64,000 nt of DNA from a virus, in IMG/VR virus record IMGVR_UViG_3300013093_000001, positions 1-64,000 of that record; one strand, given 5' to 3'. The position numbers were made by a program, and so were the translations under genes. This document shows, in pieces, positions 40,212 to 50,164 of the stretch (within the stretch, counting starts at the first letter, position 1; the number at the start of each line of letters is the position of its first letter). The notes beneath the pieces were generated by a model. That model was not told the origin of the DNA and ran no database searches. It saw nothing but the letters and a program-made list of their open reading frames with translations.

Positions 40212-41419
40212 TTACCTGGCATCTGCTGCTTGGCTGACAGCGACATGACATTCGCCAAGCCGTCGCCAGGTGACCAAGTCACCGTGCTGGGTTGCTGGTA
40301 CGGCAGGACCGCCAGCGTCGGGTCGGTCAGATTGACCGCCGTGTTGTCGGTGGACGCATAGAAAGCGAATGGCGCGAGGTACTGGCTTTGACCGTTGAAC
40401 GTCACATCACTAAACGTCACATCGTAAATCAAATGCGTACCGGTCGGTAAACCCAGCACGGACGTTTCGGCTACCAGCTGAAATCCGGGCGTATTGGCGT
40501 AGTCGATGGTGGACAGGACACCGTTATATATACGCGCCGTCAGTGGCGGCAAGGAAATCGCCGTACTCGCTGTCACAGCGGGTCCACCTGTGTTGGTCAC
40601 CGCAACAGTAATCTCACAAAAACCGAGGCCTTGCGCGTTGGAGAGCAGGTCGGCGTTGCCGGTCACCGCTTGAATCGCAGTATTGACCAGAGAACCCCCG
40701 AAGGACAGCAGGTACGTCTGCGGCGCATTATTGGAACTGACCGTGACGTTTCCACTCCCTATGGACGTAAGCGCCTGCAATGCGGATTGGACGCTGGTGA
40801 CACCCGTCGTCGTATGGGAAATGGAGACAGTAGGCGTGGTACCGCCAGTCAAGCTCGACGTTGCCACCAGCAACGACTGGGGCGCATTAGCGAGAGCACT
40901 GACGAATGTGATCGTGTAGGGACCGCCAGCGGAGCCGGTGACGGTGACATTGCCGGTCCCATTAATGGATGACAACGCGCCCAGCGCAGCCTGTACGGAG
41001 TTGGTCCCGGTGGCTGGCGCGTTATAGGCAATCGCAGCTGTCGTATTTCCACCGAAGGTCAGCGTGTAAGTCCCGCCCGTAGGAGAACCTGTCAAGGTAA
41101 CGGTCTGTACGTCGTTGACAGAGGCATTGGCTGGCGCAGTGTAGGGCAAAGCCACCGTTGTGTAGCCGCCGTAAGACAGGGTGAAGGTGCCCCCGGTCGG
41201 GTTGTTGATGAGGTAGACAGTCTGAGTTCCACTCGACGCAGCAGAAATTAAATAACTGGCTACGGGGAACTGCTGACCTTGCGGTAGGCGTGGCGTGAAC
41301 GTAACAAGCCCATTGACAGGCTGCACGACGGGACTGTTCGTATTACCTGAGATGGACGGGTCTGCAACCGCATAGTAGTAGCCGGTGACCTGGAAAAAAG
41401 TCAGCGAATTCGTCATCAA
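40181..41419 (-). CDS. Virion-type structural/decoration protein
   Basis: Two copies of the TGGTFTL..G..TT.AIAYNA.A..VQAAL.AL domain that also occurs in tail protein 18607..22467. Confidence 0.65.
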   Translation of the reverse strand: MMTNSLTFFQVTGYYYAVADPSISGNTNSPVVQPVNGLVTFTPRLPQGQQFPVASYLISAASSGTQTVYLINNPTGGTFTLSYGGYTTVALPYTAPANASVNDVQTVTLTGSPTGGTYTLTFGGNTTAAIAYNAPATGTNSVQAALGALSSINGTGNVTVTGSAGGPYTITFVSALANAPQSLLVATSSLTGGTTPTVSISHTTTGVTSVQSALQALTSIGSGNVTVSSNNAPQTYLLSFGGSLVNTAIQAVTGNADLLSNAQGLGFCEITVAVTNTGGPAVTASTAISLPPLTARIYNGVLSTIDYANTPGFQLVAETSVLGLPTGTHLIYDVTFSDVTFNGQSQYLAPFAFYASTDNTAVNLTDPTLAVLPYQQPSTVTWSPGDGLANVMSLSAKQQMPGNWRQSIPQAG

Positions 41420-41673
41420 GCTCTCCTGCGTTTGCGTTGGCCGTCATGAACAGTGGTAATGATCGCTTCTCCATCTCGCGGGTCGGACCCGAAAACCTCC
41501 GGCGGCATCTCCTGTATCTCTGGCTGGTCAACCATCTTGGGCTGAATCAACGCGGTCACCCGCAGCTTTTCTTCGTCGCTAATAATTTTCTGGTCGTACA
41601 CGACGCTGGAAAACACGAGCCGATCATTGACGCGGATATCCAACCTCGCAGGTTTCGACACAGGAACCTTCAC
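41416..41673 (-). CDS. Hypothetical protein
   Basis: Overlaps the start of 40181..41419. Confidence 0.55.
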   Translation of the reverse strand: MKVPVSKPARLDIRVNDRLVFSSVVYDQKIISDEEKLRVTALIQPKMVDQPEIQEMPPEVFGSDPRDGEAIITTVHDGQRKRRRA

Positions 41674-42020
41674 CTAAACCGCCGCCCCCACCTTAAGCTG
41701 GAACAACGAGAATTTAGGGTTAGAAACCAGCGGCAGGTGATCCGCACACGTCGCGTATGTGTTGGCAACAGTGATTGCAGGGATGCGTGAGCCGGTCCTG
41801 ACAAAACACACAGCACAAGCGATGTAGTTGTCTGCGACAGCACAGGTCATGTAATTTTCTGCGGCGGTTTTCTTCACCCCGACAGTATGACACCTTTTAA
41901 CGCGACAAGATGCGCCGCTGGCAGTGTGTCCAATACACACGCCAACCCGGTAGCGAAGCCGGTGGACCGGGGTTACCCTGTTGTTATACGGCAAACCGCC
42001 GTGGTCGGAAAGGGGTAACA

Positions 42021-42392
42021 ATGAACCAAAATACTGCGTCAGTAGGTGGTGGCCTGCGGCAAGCGAGAAAACAGCAGGCCGCTAAGAGGACACCAGCCAA
42101 GGTCACGCAACTGCGTACCGACACAGATCAGGCGACAAGCCGCAATGCAGCAAAGCCGCAAAGCAGCAAACGAGCAACCCTGAAGTGGACCTTGTCCGGT
42201 GACGCGAAGGGTCGCAAGCAGGTTCCGGCGACCGCTGTCGCGCCAAACGGTGACCTCTACAGCATTGCCGGGTCCGACAAGCAATGGCGAGCCGATGTCA
42301 TTGATGTCAACAAGAACAAGTCAACCCTGGTGGTGGATGTGGCGTTCGACAAGGCTTACAAAGCCTGCGTGGAACACAGCAAGTCGCCGTAA
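42021..42392 (+). CDS. Hypothetical basic protein
   Basis: ATG after GGAAAGGGG RBS and a leader hairpin. Confidence 0.6.
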   Translation: MNQNTASVGGGLRQARKQQAAKRTPAKVTQLRTDTDQATSRNAAKPQSSKRATLKWTLSGDAKGRKQVPATAVAPNGDLYSIAGSDKQWRADVIDVNKNKSTLVVDVAFDKAYKACVEHSKSP

Positions 42393-42393
42393 A

Positions 42394-42759
42394 TTGCGGA
42401 TGTGGATGTGCCCGACCCAATGGATGTGTCGGGCACATCTACTAGGAGAACACCGGGAGCTTCATGCCCTGGTAGGCATCATACGGCGCGGGACCAGCTT
42501 AGATGGTTATGCGGCCAATGGTTTGATTGAAACCGGGTCAATCCTCGCTCGACATGAGCAGTTAGTTGCTGAAATGACAAAAAGGGGCTACCAGCACCAC
42601 AGCCCATTGATATATCAGGACGATATATCTTTCGGCGTTGTTGACCGGGAGTCAGCTGCGACAGAATTAGCCAGACGATGCAGCCATTGCAGGAACATGA
42701 TGCCAGTCAAGAACTTACCGGCCACCCAAACCCAGGGCACCCAGTTCGTCATTGAATAG
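42394..42759 (+). CDS. Pyrimidine-dimer DNA glycosylase (DenV/endonuclease V-like)
   Basis: TTG start; MRMWM.P..MCR.HLLGEHRELH...RHEQLVAEM.KRGY.H.SP...C..C. Confidence 0.75.
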   Translation: MRMWMCPTQWMCRAHLLGEHRELHALVGIIRRGTSLDGYAANGLIETGSILARHEQLVAEMTKRGYQHHSPLIYQDDISFGVVDRESAATELARRCSHCRNMMPVKNLPATQTQGTQFVIE

Positions 42760-42763
42760 TAGT

Positions 42764-43477
42764 TCAGGTAATTATTCGGGTGTAACCGTTCCAAGCATCT
42801 AAAATATCGCGACAGAAATCCTCTGACCTCCACGCTGGCGGCCCCTCCTCAATCTCTTGGACATAATGCCGTATAGCTGCTCGTCCATCAAAGCCAACGT
42901 CTACGCCCCACACCGTGAAGGCTGCCCACTTGCGGCCACAAGGGGGGCATTTGCCGCAAGCCCTGCCCCTGACCGGCTCATAACAGGAAAACGTGTCTTT
43001 GACCATGCGCTTACCATCAAACCCCCTGGTCAAACATTCTCCGACCAAAGCGGCCTTCGTCAATCTATACACCGGCAACTCAACCTTGACATTTCTCCCG
43101 TCAGGTAACCACCGCTGGACGGCGAATAAATACTCTGTCAGGTTGTTCAACCTGCTGACGAACTCCAAATCCTTGTCGTGGCCGGTACTGCTGTCAACGG
43201 ACCCCATCTGAATCCTGTCACCGTAGTTGGCGGCTACGAGCGCCAATATAGCGTTGCGACCGGGGATGACTTTGGAGTCCTGCAATTCATAATTCCCCAA
43301 TTGGCGCAGGTCAGCTACTTCTAACCGGCCAGTAAATCCAGGTGGCTTCTTAAGCCGACGATACTCCTGCTCCCCGTATCGCCCCCCCATGCGGCAGTAG
43401 AGCAACACGTCAGGCTTTGTCAACAGACTCATGCAATAACTGTCAACCCCACCACTGTAGAGCGCTACAACGGTCAC
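42764..43477 (-). CDS. QueC-like PP-loop ATPase (divergent second copy)
   Basis: LYSGGVDS, IPGRN, TK..LV, SCY, CGKCPPC; lacks the YPDCR motif. Confidence 0.8.
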   Translation of the reverse strand: MTVVALYSGGVDSYCMSLLTKPDVLLYCRMGGRYGEQEYRRLKKPPGFTGRLEVADLRQLGNYELQDSKVIPGRNAILALVAANYGDRIQMGSVDSSTGHDKDLEFVSRLNNLTEYLFAVQRWLPDGRNVKVELPVYRLTKAALVGECLTRGFDGKRMVKDTFSCYEPVRGRACGKCPPCGRKWAAFTVWGVDVGFDGRAAIRHYVQEIEEGPPAWRSEDFCRDILDAWNGYTRIIT

Positions 43478-43614
43478 GGCGACATTCTCTGACTGCTGAC
43501 AGCTTTGAGGGAAGCGTTATCGTTTAAGGCTGCTTCTAACTTAGCCTCAGCCCGCAAACACCTTTGTCGCCACTCGTCTTTTTCTCGTTGCAATTCACAG
43601 TCCATGTCCATGTG

Positions 43615-44235
43615 TCAGCATTCTAGTCCAGCCTCTCGCCGGGACAGGCAAGCACCGCAGTTATTACACGGTCGTTGTTCGCCACGGTAACAGGACCACG
43701 TCAAACCCAGCGGAACATCAGACCAACGTCCCAGCTCAACGATTTGCCGCTTATTGAGATTGATGAGGGGAGCAGATACCTTAACCCCATACGCGGAACG
43801 TCCGGCAGCGTTGAGGAATGCTATAAATTCGGGACGACAATCAGGGTATCCGGCAGCATCGTCGCGGTTACACCCCAATACCACCTCATCGCAGTTACAC
43901 ACGCTGGCGCGAGCTAAAGCTATAGATATAAGTAGCAGGTTGCGTCCCGGTACGAATGTTGCGTCCACTGTCTCAGCGTGCTTGACAGGGATTATGCCCT
44001 GTCCTGTTAAGGCAGATGGTAGCGTCATCGGCAAGGTGACAACTTCATGGACCACGCCGTAGTAATCCGCAATAGCGGCTGCCGCTTCCAGCTCCTTGAC
44101 ATGATTCTGCCCGTAATTGACTGAAAGCGCTAGGTGGACGTTTTTCCTTGCCACTGTCAGATCAAGCGCAACTGTGGAATCGATGCCACCTGATAGCAGT
44201 ACAACCGCTGCGTCAGCCCCTGAAAAGTGGCTCAC
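43615..44235 (-). CDS. queC: 7-cyano-7-deazaguanine synthase
   Basis: VVLLSGGIDS, YGQ.H.KE, VPGRN, GYPDCR, K..IV, TWSCY, C..C..C..R. Confidence 0.93.
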   Translation of the reverse strand: MSHFSGADAAVVLLSGGIDSTVALDLTVARKNVHLALSVNYGQNHVKELEAAAAIADYYGVVHEVVTLPMTLPSALTGQGIIPVKHAETVDATFVPGRNLLLISIALARASVCNCDEVVLGCNRDDAAGYPDCRPEFIAFLNAAGRSAYGVKVSAPLINLNKRQIVELGRWSDVPLGLTWSCYRGEQRPCNNCGACLSRREAGLEC

Positions 44236-44845
44236 AGTTCACACTCTCCTCTAGCCATTCAATCAACTTTGGCAAGTTTTTATCAGGACCGAAAATTAAA
44301 AACGTTCCATCTGCACTATCACAACCCAGGTGGTCGGCGTATCGGTAACGGCGGGCTGAGTTGACACGTCCGAAGTGCACCCACATTCCAATGGACTTGG
44401 CGTGAGAAATTACCCGCCGCGCCTGCTGACCCAACTTCCAGGCCGTGGTACCCCCAACAAATAACACATCAAAGGTCGACCAGGGGATTGTGTCCGGCTC
44501 CGCACCATCCTGTGCAACGAAGGCGGCAGGAAAACCTAATTCCCTGATCTTCGGTAACCATTGCTCGGACCGCTCGATGGTTGCGACATGATTACCGACA
44601 ACATCTGGAGCGGTTGCAAACAAACAAGTGTTGAGATGTTTTACCTGCGCCGTCAACCATCGCCACCACCGTGCCTCATCGAAATCTTTTTTGCCAAAGC
44701 AACCGTTATCAGCACACCACTGTGCACCATCAACGCGCTGACATGGGCGCGAAGAATCAGGAGTAGCGATAAAACCTAGCTTCGGCTGGTCTTGCATCGC
44801 ATCCCGTATCGGTTGCGTGGAAGGATTTGCGAAATACAGCATCAC
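44213..44845 (-). CDS. Second TGT-fold/DpdA-like protein
   Basis: ADNGCF, APDVVG, FVAQDG, LFVGG, VHFGRVN and DSADGT motifs; overlaps queC. Confidence 0.6.
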   Translation of the reverse strand: MMLYFANPSTQPIRDAMQDQPKLGFIATPDSSRPCQRVDGAQWCADNGCFGKKDFDEARWWRWLTAQVKHLNTCLFATAPDVVGNHVATIERSEQWLPKIRELGFPAAFVAQDGAEPDTIPWSTFDVLFVGGTTAWKLGQQARRVISHAKSIGMWVHFGRVNSARRYRYADHLGCDSADGTFLIFGPDKNLPKLIEWLEESVNCEPLFRG

Positions 44846-45680
44846 GTCAACTTTTCAAAAGCCACGGTAAAGCCAGTGAGGGGACGATTAGGGTTACCGT
44901 CACTGCGTATCGGGTTGCGCTGATCGACCCTTTTGTAAACCTCGTAAGCAGATTCCGTAGTGAACACCGTGGCGTCAGAAAGACGCTTAGTTGTCACCAT
45001 GTGGCATTGCATCGGTCGGCCAGTAATAGGCTCCAGTCCCGGTCTATCTGGGTCATACTCTACCAGATACTGGCCGTCGAAGGCTGTTGGCGTACCATTG
45101 ACAAGACCAATCACGCGTATGACAACCCTGTCATCTCGTTCTACAAACCCCGTCACGCTGGCCTCAAAACAAGTGCTTGACCGTGTCCGAATCCCAGTTC
45201 ACACTGAAATTGGTTGAAGTGAAAACGGCAGACATAAGCCCACGTCCCAGGACGGTCACCGACAGCCAACTTCGCATCCGCGTAGGCCGCGACCTTAATG
45301 CCGCGCTGCGCCTCACAGATATCACAGGACGGTCTGACCTTGACTATTGTGTATTTGCTACCCACCTACTCCCTCTCTGCTAATCTTTTTTCGCGCCGGT
45401 AGTCCCTCATCCATTTGCGGCATAAATCACACCGGCAGCGTAGGCTTGAGTACCCGGTTGAGGTCCCATGCATCTCAGGACTCAATACTTGGCGTTCGCG
45501 CCAGTCCTCAATCTGACCGTACTGCCTGGTACGACGACATCTGTCTGAGCAAGTGACGGGTTTGCGGCCCAACTGACCGGCTGGAACTACAAATGACGTG
45601 GCGCAAACGGTGCACGACCGCTCTGCGTCGAAGCTTCTTGGTTTGCGCTGACGGGGTCGCGGTTCAGACGGTTGTGTCAT
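44842..45680 (-). CDS. Three small hypothetical genes (44842..45156, 45153..45365, 45366..45680; the last two Cys-rich)
   Basis: Coupled leftward ORFs upstream of the second modification module. Confidence 0.55.
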
Positions 45681-45808
45681 TTAATGACTCCTTTCTTGTT
45701 TGTCCAAGTCACGCTACCGTATCTAGTCAGATTTGTCATTGTCGGCAGAAGCCGTTGAGAAGCCGCCGGGGAGGAGGTTGTACCCGGCGGCTGCCCAACG
45801 GCTCCTGG

Positions 45809-46036
45809 TCAGCCGCAGTCGCCTCGTATGATCGGCCAGTTGGTGGAACGCCAAGCTCTCCACTCGTTAAATCGGCCATCGTTGCGCTGCAACCCCTGAC
45901 GTATCTCGTCCTGTGATAGACCCAGGTTGTACGCGCCGCAAACCTCTGCAGTGGTTTGGTCGTCACTATCAGCTCGCGCTGGTATTGACAAAACCAATGA
46001 CAATGCAGCGGCGACTCCCACCGCAATAACTCTCAT
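45809..46036 (-). CDS. Small secreted protein
   Basis: Signal peptide ending PARA; two Cys; resembles small mycobacterial exported proteins. Confidence 0.6.
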   Translation of the reverse strand: MRVIAVGVAAALSLVLSIPARADSDDQTTAEVCGAYNLGLSQDEIRQGLQRNDGRFNEWRAWRSTNWPIIRGDCG

Positions 46037-46209
46037 AACTAACTCCTACCTGTCGTCAGCGACCCTTTGCCGCCGTACACCACTATTTTAGCTTGCCGGG
46101 TGTTGGTTCACCATAGCCAAATCCCACTTGTTAACCGAGAGTCCAACGCGGCGTCCGTTGAACGTCAGTCCCATCAGCTATGCTGAGTCTGACTGGGAGG
46201 AAAGAACAC

Positions 46210-46965
46210 ATGGCTTACAAACTCGGGCTGCAGCCGCCAAAACCAGGCGCTGTCCGCTTGCGACTCGCCACCTACCTGGACTTCCGCATGCTCCCCACAC
46301 CTCCACAGGAGTTCGGCCACTACAGCAAAATCAATGAGTGGGGCATGCTCGCTAATGACCAGTACGGCGACTGCGCCCTAGCCGGGGCATGCCACCAGAC
46401 CATGCTGTATACGGCAGAGGGCGGTACACCAGCGCCATTCAACGACAAAGCCGCGCTGGCTAACTACTCTGCCGTCACCGGCTTCAACGCCGACGACCCC
46501 AGTAGCGACCAGGGCACCCAGGTGGGCGCTCTGGCAGATTACTGGCTGCGGCAAGGGATCGTCGACGCTGCCGGGAAGCGCCACCAGGTTGTCGCCATCG
46601 CTGACATGAACCCCGGCGACCTGAGAGAACTGTGGATCGCAACCTACCTTTTCCAAGCTGTCGGCCTCGGTTTTGCTCTGCCGGAAAGCGCGATGGATCA
46701 GACGCGGGACGGCAAAGTGTGGGACGTGGTTCCCGGTGCAGACATTGTCGGCGGCCATTACGTTCCCTGCTTCGGCAGGTCCAACGGTAACGGCATTGGC
46801 GTGACATGGGGCGCTTTGCAACCCTTCACACCCGACTTTTACCGGACCTACAACAACCAGGGACTCTGCGTGCTGAGCGAAGAAATGATGGTCAACGCCA
46901 AAAGCATCGACGGTATTGACGATCAACTCCTCCGCGCCGACATTGCCGCCATGCAGGCAGGGTGA
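46210..46965 (+). CDS. Papain-like cysteine peptidase
   Basis: ND.YGDC..A (Cys), GGHYV (His), VTWG; GGGAGG RBS; first gene of the lysis region. Confidence 0.65.
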   Translation: MAYKLGLQPPKPGAVRLRLATYLDFRMLPTPPQEFGHYSKINEWGMLANDQYGDCALAGACHQTMLYTAEGGTPAPFNDKAALANYSAVTGFNADDPSSDQGTQVGALADYWLRQGIVDAAGKRHQVVAIADMNPGDLRELWIATYLFQAVGLGFALPESAMDQTRDGKVWDVVPGADIVGGHYVPCFGRSNGNGIGVTWGALQPFTPDFYRTYNNQGLCVLSEEMMVNAKSIDGIDDQLLRADIAAMQAG

Positions 46966-46966
46966 C

Positions 46967-47419
46967 ATGCCCAACTGGTTGAGCCGCCTACAGGTTAAAA
47001 AACCCGACACACCAGCACATGACGGAAGAATCACTCATTCTTACGTCATCCATTACCCGGCACACCCGCCGAGGGACGGCGACCCCCACTACAAGGACTT
47101 TGAGGCGTTTAGGAAACGAACGAAGGACACGGCGCAATGCGCTATCGGCAGCCACCGCGAAGACTTCTCAGAATGCCAGGGCAGTTTAGAACTACACCAC
47201 TGTCATGTAGAATTCAGTTTGCAGAATGGCATCGACCTGAAGTGGCTGGAAACCGACTACCCTGGCATCAGCGACCCCGACACTGTCGGGGCTTGGGTTG
47301 AGTCAGCGAACAACCTGCTGTACCTATGTGAATACCACCATAGAGGCCACGGCGGTGTCCACGTTGCCAGCGCCAGCGACTATGAGGCTGAGAAGTACGT
47401 CAGAGGATTGATTTCGTGA
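46967..47419 (+). CDS. HNH-like protein
   Basis: LELHH.H.E...NL..LC..HHRG..GVH. Confidence 0.55.
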   Translation: MPNWLSRLQVKKPDTPAHDGRITHSYVIHYPAHPPRDGDPHYKDFEAFRKRTKDTAQCAIGSHREDFSECQGSLELHHCHVEFSLQNGIDLKWLETDYPGISDPDTVGAWVESANNLLYLCEYHHRGHGGVHVASASDYEAEKYVRGLIS

Positions 47420-47432
47420 GAGGAGAGGAATA

Positions 47433-48782
47433 ATGCCGCTACTGAGAAGCAACGTGGAGTTCGCTAAGCGCGTTTTCCTCGACCGCCTGACCACCGATCA
47501 GCAGGGTCTTTACCAGGCAGACGATAACGATGCAGGACCGGGCGATGTTTATGACTATGCTGGCTGCTACGACCCCGATAACCTCGGTGTGGGCGCAGAC
47601 TGCTCTGGCTCGGCTGGCATCTTCATCGGCGCAGCATTCAACGGACCTGACGGGTTGCAGTGGATCAGGCAATTTTGCACAGAAACATTCCCCGGTTCGT
47701 TCCTCGGCTTCCGTCAAACCACGCAGGAAGATTTAGTCAACAACTACTATCCGATTAAAGTCTGCATTGAGCATGGCGGCGGTGGACCCAACAGCCACAT
47801 GAACTGCTCCATCGACGGCATCGTCATGGAATCAAACGGTGACTACGGTACCTGCACCCTGGACCACGGCGCAATCCCGCAGGACAGCGACTTTTGGAAT
47901 GACTGGTGGGTGTTTGATGGACCCATACAGGAGGACACCACCTACCGCTGCCCCATGGAGTACCCGCAGGGTGTTGACTACGCCGGGGGCACCATCGGTG
48001 CGTTGGATTTGCGAGAAGCTGGAATCAGTTTCGTATGCCGTTACTTGACGGACGGCGGCGCATCCTTACCGGGTAAACAATTGCAGCGACAGGAGTTCCT
48101 TGACCTGTGCGCTAACGGAATCAGCATTGTTTTCAACTGGGAAACCACAGCCGACTTCATGCTCAACGGCTACGACCAGGGCGTGAGTGACGCGCAGCAG
48201 GCACTCGACTACATTCGCTCCCTTCCTGGTGCACCGTCACAACCCGTCGTCTACTTTTCTGCCGACTTTGATGAAACGCCTGACCAGGACTCCGTGGTGT
48301 GGGAGTACATGGCTGGCGCTAACAGCGTCTTGGGCACCAATGCACAAGGAAAAATGTGCGCCGGTATATACGGCGACTACTGGGTTTGCTCGCGAGCTTT
48401 GGATGCCAATGTGGCTGACTATGTGTGGCAGACAGAGGCGTGGAGTGGCGGCAATGTCACCGGGTCGGTCAACATCTTCCAAAGGAATTCTCTAGGCTAC
48501 CGCGACTTTAACGGCATCCAATGCGACATTGATGAAGCACACACTGACGACTTTGGTCAATTCACACCAGGAGGAATCATGCCAGAAAAACCGACCGATC
48601 TCATCCTCGACCAACTGGAGGGACCGCTGGGACCGGATGGCAGCCGTCAAGGCTGGCCGCAACTCGGCAACCGCAGTGTCGTAGATTACCTGGCCCAAGT
48701 CGTTGGACCAGCACTGCAACAAATCCAGGCCAGCCTCACGTCCGTGCACGTCCGCTCACCTTTCTCTAAGGACAAAAAATGA
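47433..48782 (+). CDS. lysA: Endolysin (Lysin A): N-terminal peptidase, DUF1906/GH25-like hydrolase, C-terminal GWPQLG domain
   Basis: DCSG...SHM; GVDYA...FVCRYL...VYFSADFD...GIYG...WQT.AWS...CDID; GWPQLGNRSVVD. Confidence 0.88.
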   Translation: MPLLRSNVEFAKRVFLDRLTTDQQGLYQADDNDAGPGDVYDYAGCYDPDNLGVGADCSGSAGIFIGAAFNGPDGLQWIRQFCTETFPGSFLGFRQTTQEDLVNNYYPIKVCIEHGGGGPNSHMNCSIDGIVMESNGDYGTCTLDHGAIPQDSDFWNDWWVFDGPIQEDTTYRCPMEYPQGVDYAGGTIGALDLREAGISFVCRYLTDGGASLPGKQLQRQEFLDLCANGISIVFNWETTADFMLNGYDQGVSDAQQALDYIRSLPGAPSQPVVYFSADFDETPDQDSVVWEYMAGANSVLGTNAQGKMCAGIYGDYWVCSRALDANVADYVWQTEAWSGGNVTGSVNIFQRNSLGYRDFNGIQCDIDEAHTDDFGQFTPGGIMPEKPTDLILDQLEGPLGPDGSRQGWPQLGNRSVVDYLAQVVGPALQQIQASLTSVHVRSPFSKDKK

Positions 48783-49129
48783 CCTCTCCCAACGCCGACG
48801 CCACCCCGCAGAGCGTGTCGGACAAGCTGGACGGCATCAACGCCAACGGCAACCAGGAACCCTACGACGTTGTCGCCATGCTCTATGACGCCAATCTCCT
48901 GGGACTCGCCAAGGACTACGCCTTCCCCGAGGGCAGCAACACGTCCAGTTCCGCACTCGACCACGTCAACACGCTGGCAAAAATCCTCACAAGGACACAC
49001 AAGCACGCTGACGGGAACAGCTACGACGCATGGGACGCTCTGCAAACCTGCCTGAAGTGGGTATTGACCCAAAACCTACACATCAACGATGACGAAAAGG
49101 ACTCTGTCAACTACAAGGGTGTCAAGTAG
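48779..49129 (+). CDS. Hypothetical protein between lysins
   Basis: Overlaps both neighbouring genes. Confidence 0.65.
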   Translation: MTSPNADATPQSVSDKLDGINANGNQEPYDVVAMLYDANLLGLAKDYAFPEGSNTSSSALDHVNTLAKILTRTHKHADGNSYDAWDALQTCLKWVLTQNLHINDDEKDSVNYKGVK

Positions 49130-49971
49130 TGGTACAGCCCCTGCTGTTGACCGTTAACGGTACCGGTGTTCCCGATCCTTACGGACCGGGCTTTTCCTCT
49201 GACTTGGGGCGCATGCTGCAAGTCAATCCATGGCAAGTCATTGCCGACAAGCTCGATGGACTCGTTTCACCCGCAGCGCCAGTACAGTGGCAGCCCATCG
49301 GCTACCCCGCCGCTGTCGTCCCGATGGGTCCGAGCGTGGAAGCCGGTAGAGCCGAAGTGGTACGGCAGATTAAGCTAAGGCCAGCCGGTACGCCTTTATT
49401 CCTCTCTGGCTACAGCCAAGGCGCTATCGTCACCGGCCAAGTATGGGCACTCGACATTCTTGCACCCAGCGGCTCCCTACACAGCCGCCTACCGGACGTA
49501 CTTGGTGTCATTCAATTCGGTGACCCCCTGCGCTGTCCCGGTAAGGCGAACGGCAATTTGGTTGCCGGAATCCCCATGCCCAAGGACTTAGATGGTCAGG
49601 TCACTGGCGGCATCGCCGGTCCCGCTGACCTAACTCCTAGTCAAACGCCTGACTTCCTGCTGTCCTGCGCGTTGGACGGCGACCTATACGCGTCAGCACC
49701 TGTTGGAAATTCTCCCTGGAATGCGGAGTCCAAGGTGGGAAACGTCGAGACGTCAATCTATAACATTATTGAACAACCGACGTTTACCGATATCATCGCC
49801 GTGGCGCGTGACCTCCTAATGCCAATTGCCACCGTAGAGGGAGCAATGAACGCACTGATGTTCTTCGCTGCCGGTACAAACGCCCCGCATTGGCAATATC
49901 AACCATTCCTACCAGCTATCATCGACTGGATCACTAGTCGCATTAAAGAAAGAGGAACAAGTAATGTCTGA
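49129..49971 (+). CDS. lysB: Lysin B (cutinase-like mycolylarabinogalactan esterase)
   Basis: TVNGTG, WQPIGYPA..PM..SV..G, GYSQGA, FGDP.R, GDLY, H..Y. Confidence 0.92.
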   Translation: MVQPLLLTVNGTGVPDPYGPGFSSDLGRMLQVNPWQVIADKLDGLVSPAAPVQWQPIGYPAAVVPMGPSVEAGRAEVVRQIKLRPAGTPLFLSGYSQGAIVTGQVWALDILAPSGSLHSRLPDVLGVIQFGDPLRCPGKANGNLVAGIPMPKDLDGQVTGGIAGPADLTPSQTPDFLLSCALDGDLYASAPVGNSPWNAESKVGNVETSIYNIIEQPTFTDIIAVARDLLMPIATVEGAMNALMFFAAGTNAPHWQYQPFLPAIIDWITSRIKERGTSNV

Positions 49972-50164
49972 CAATTTTTCCCTCGGCGCAGTAGACCCGG
50001 CTACGATTGCCAAGCAGCTGGATGAGGCAATCGTTGGACTCAACGCCGTGATCGGCGTACTGGAAACACTGCCGATCATCCCCGAATCGTTGCAGAAAAA
50101 CTTGGTGGAAGCCCAGCATGTCCTGGCTGTCATCAAGCAAATTCTGGACAAAGTTGCATCGTGA
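49964..50164 (+). CDS. Small helical hypothetical protein
   Basis: 66 aa with RBS, inside the lysis operon. Confidence 0.55.
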   Translation: MSDNFSLGAVDPATIAKQLDEAIVGLNAVIGVLETLPIIPESLQKNLVEAQHVLAVIKQILDKVAS

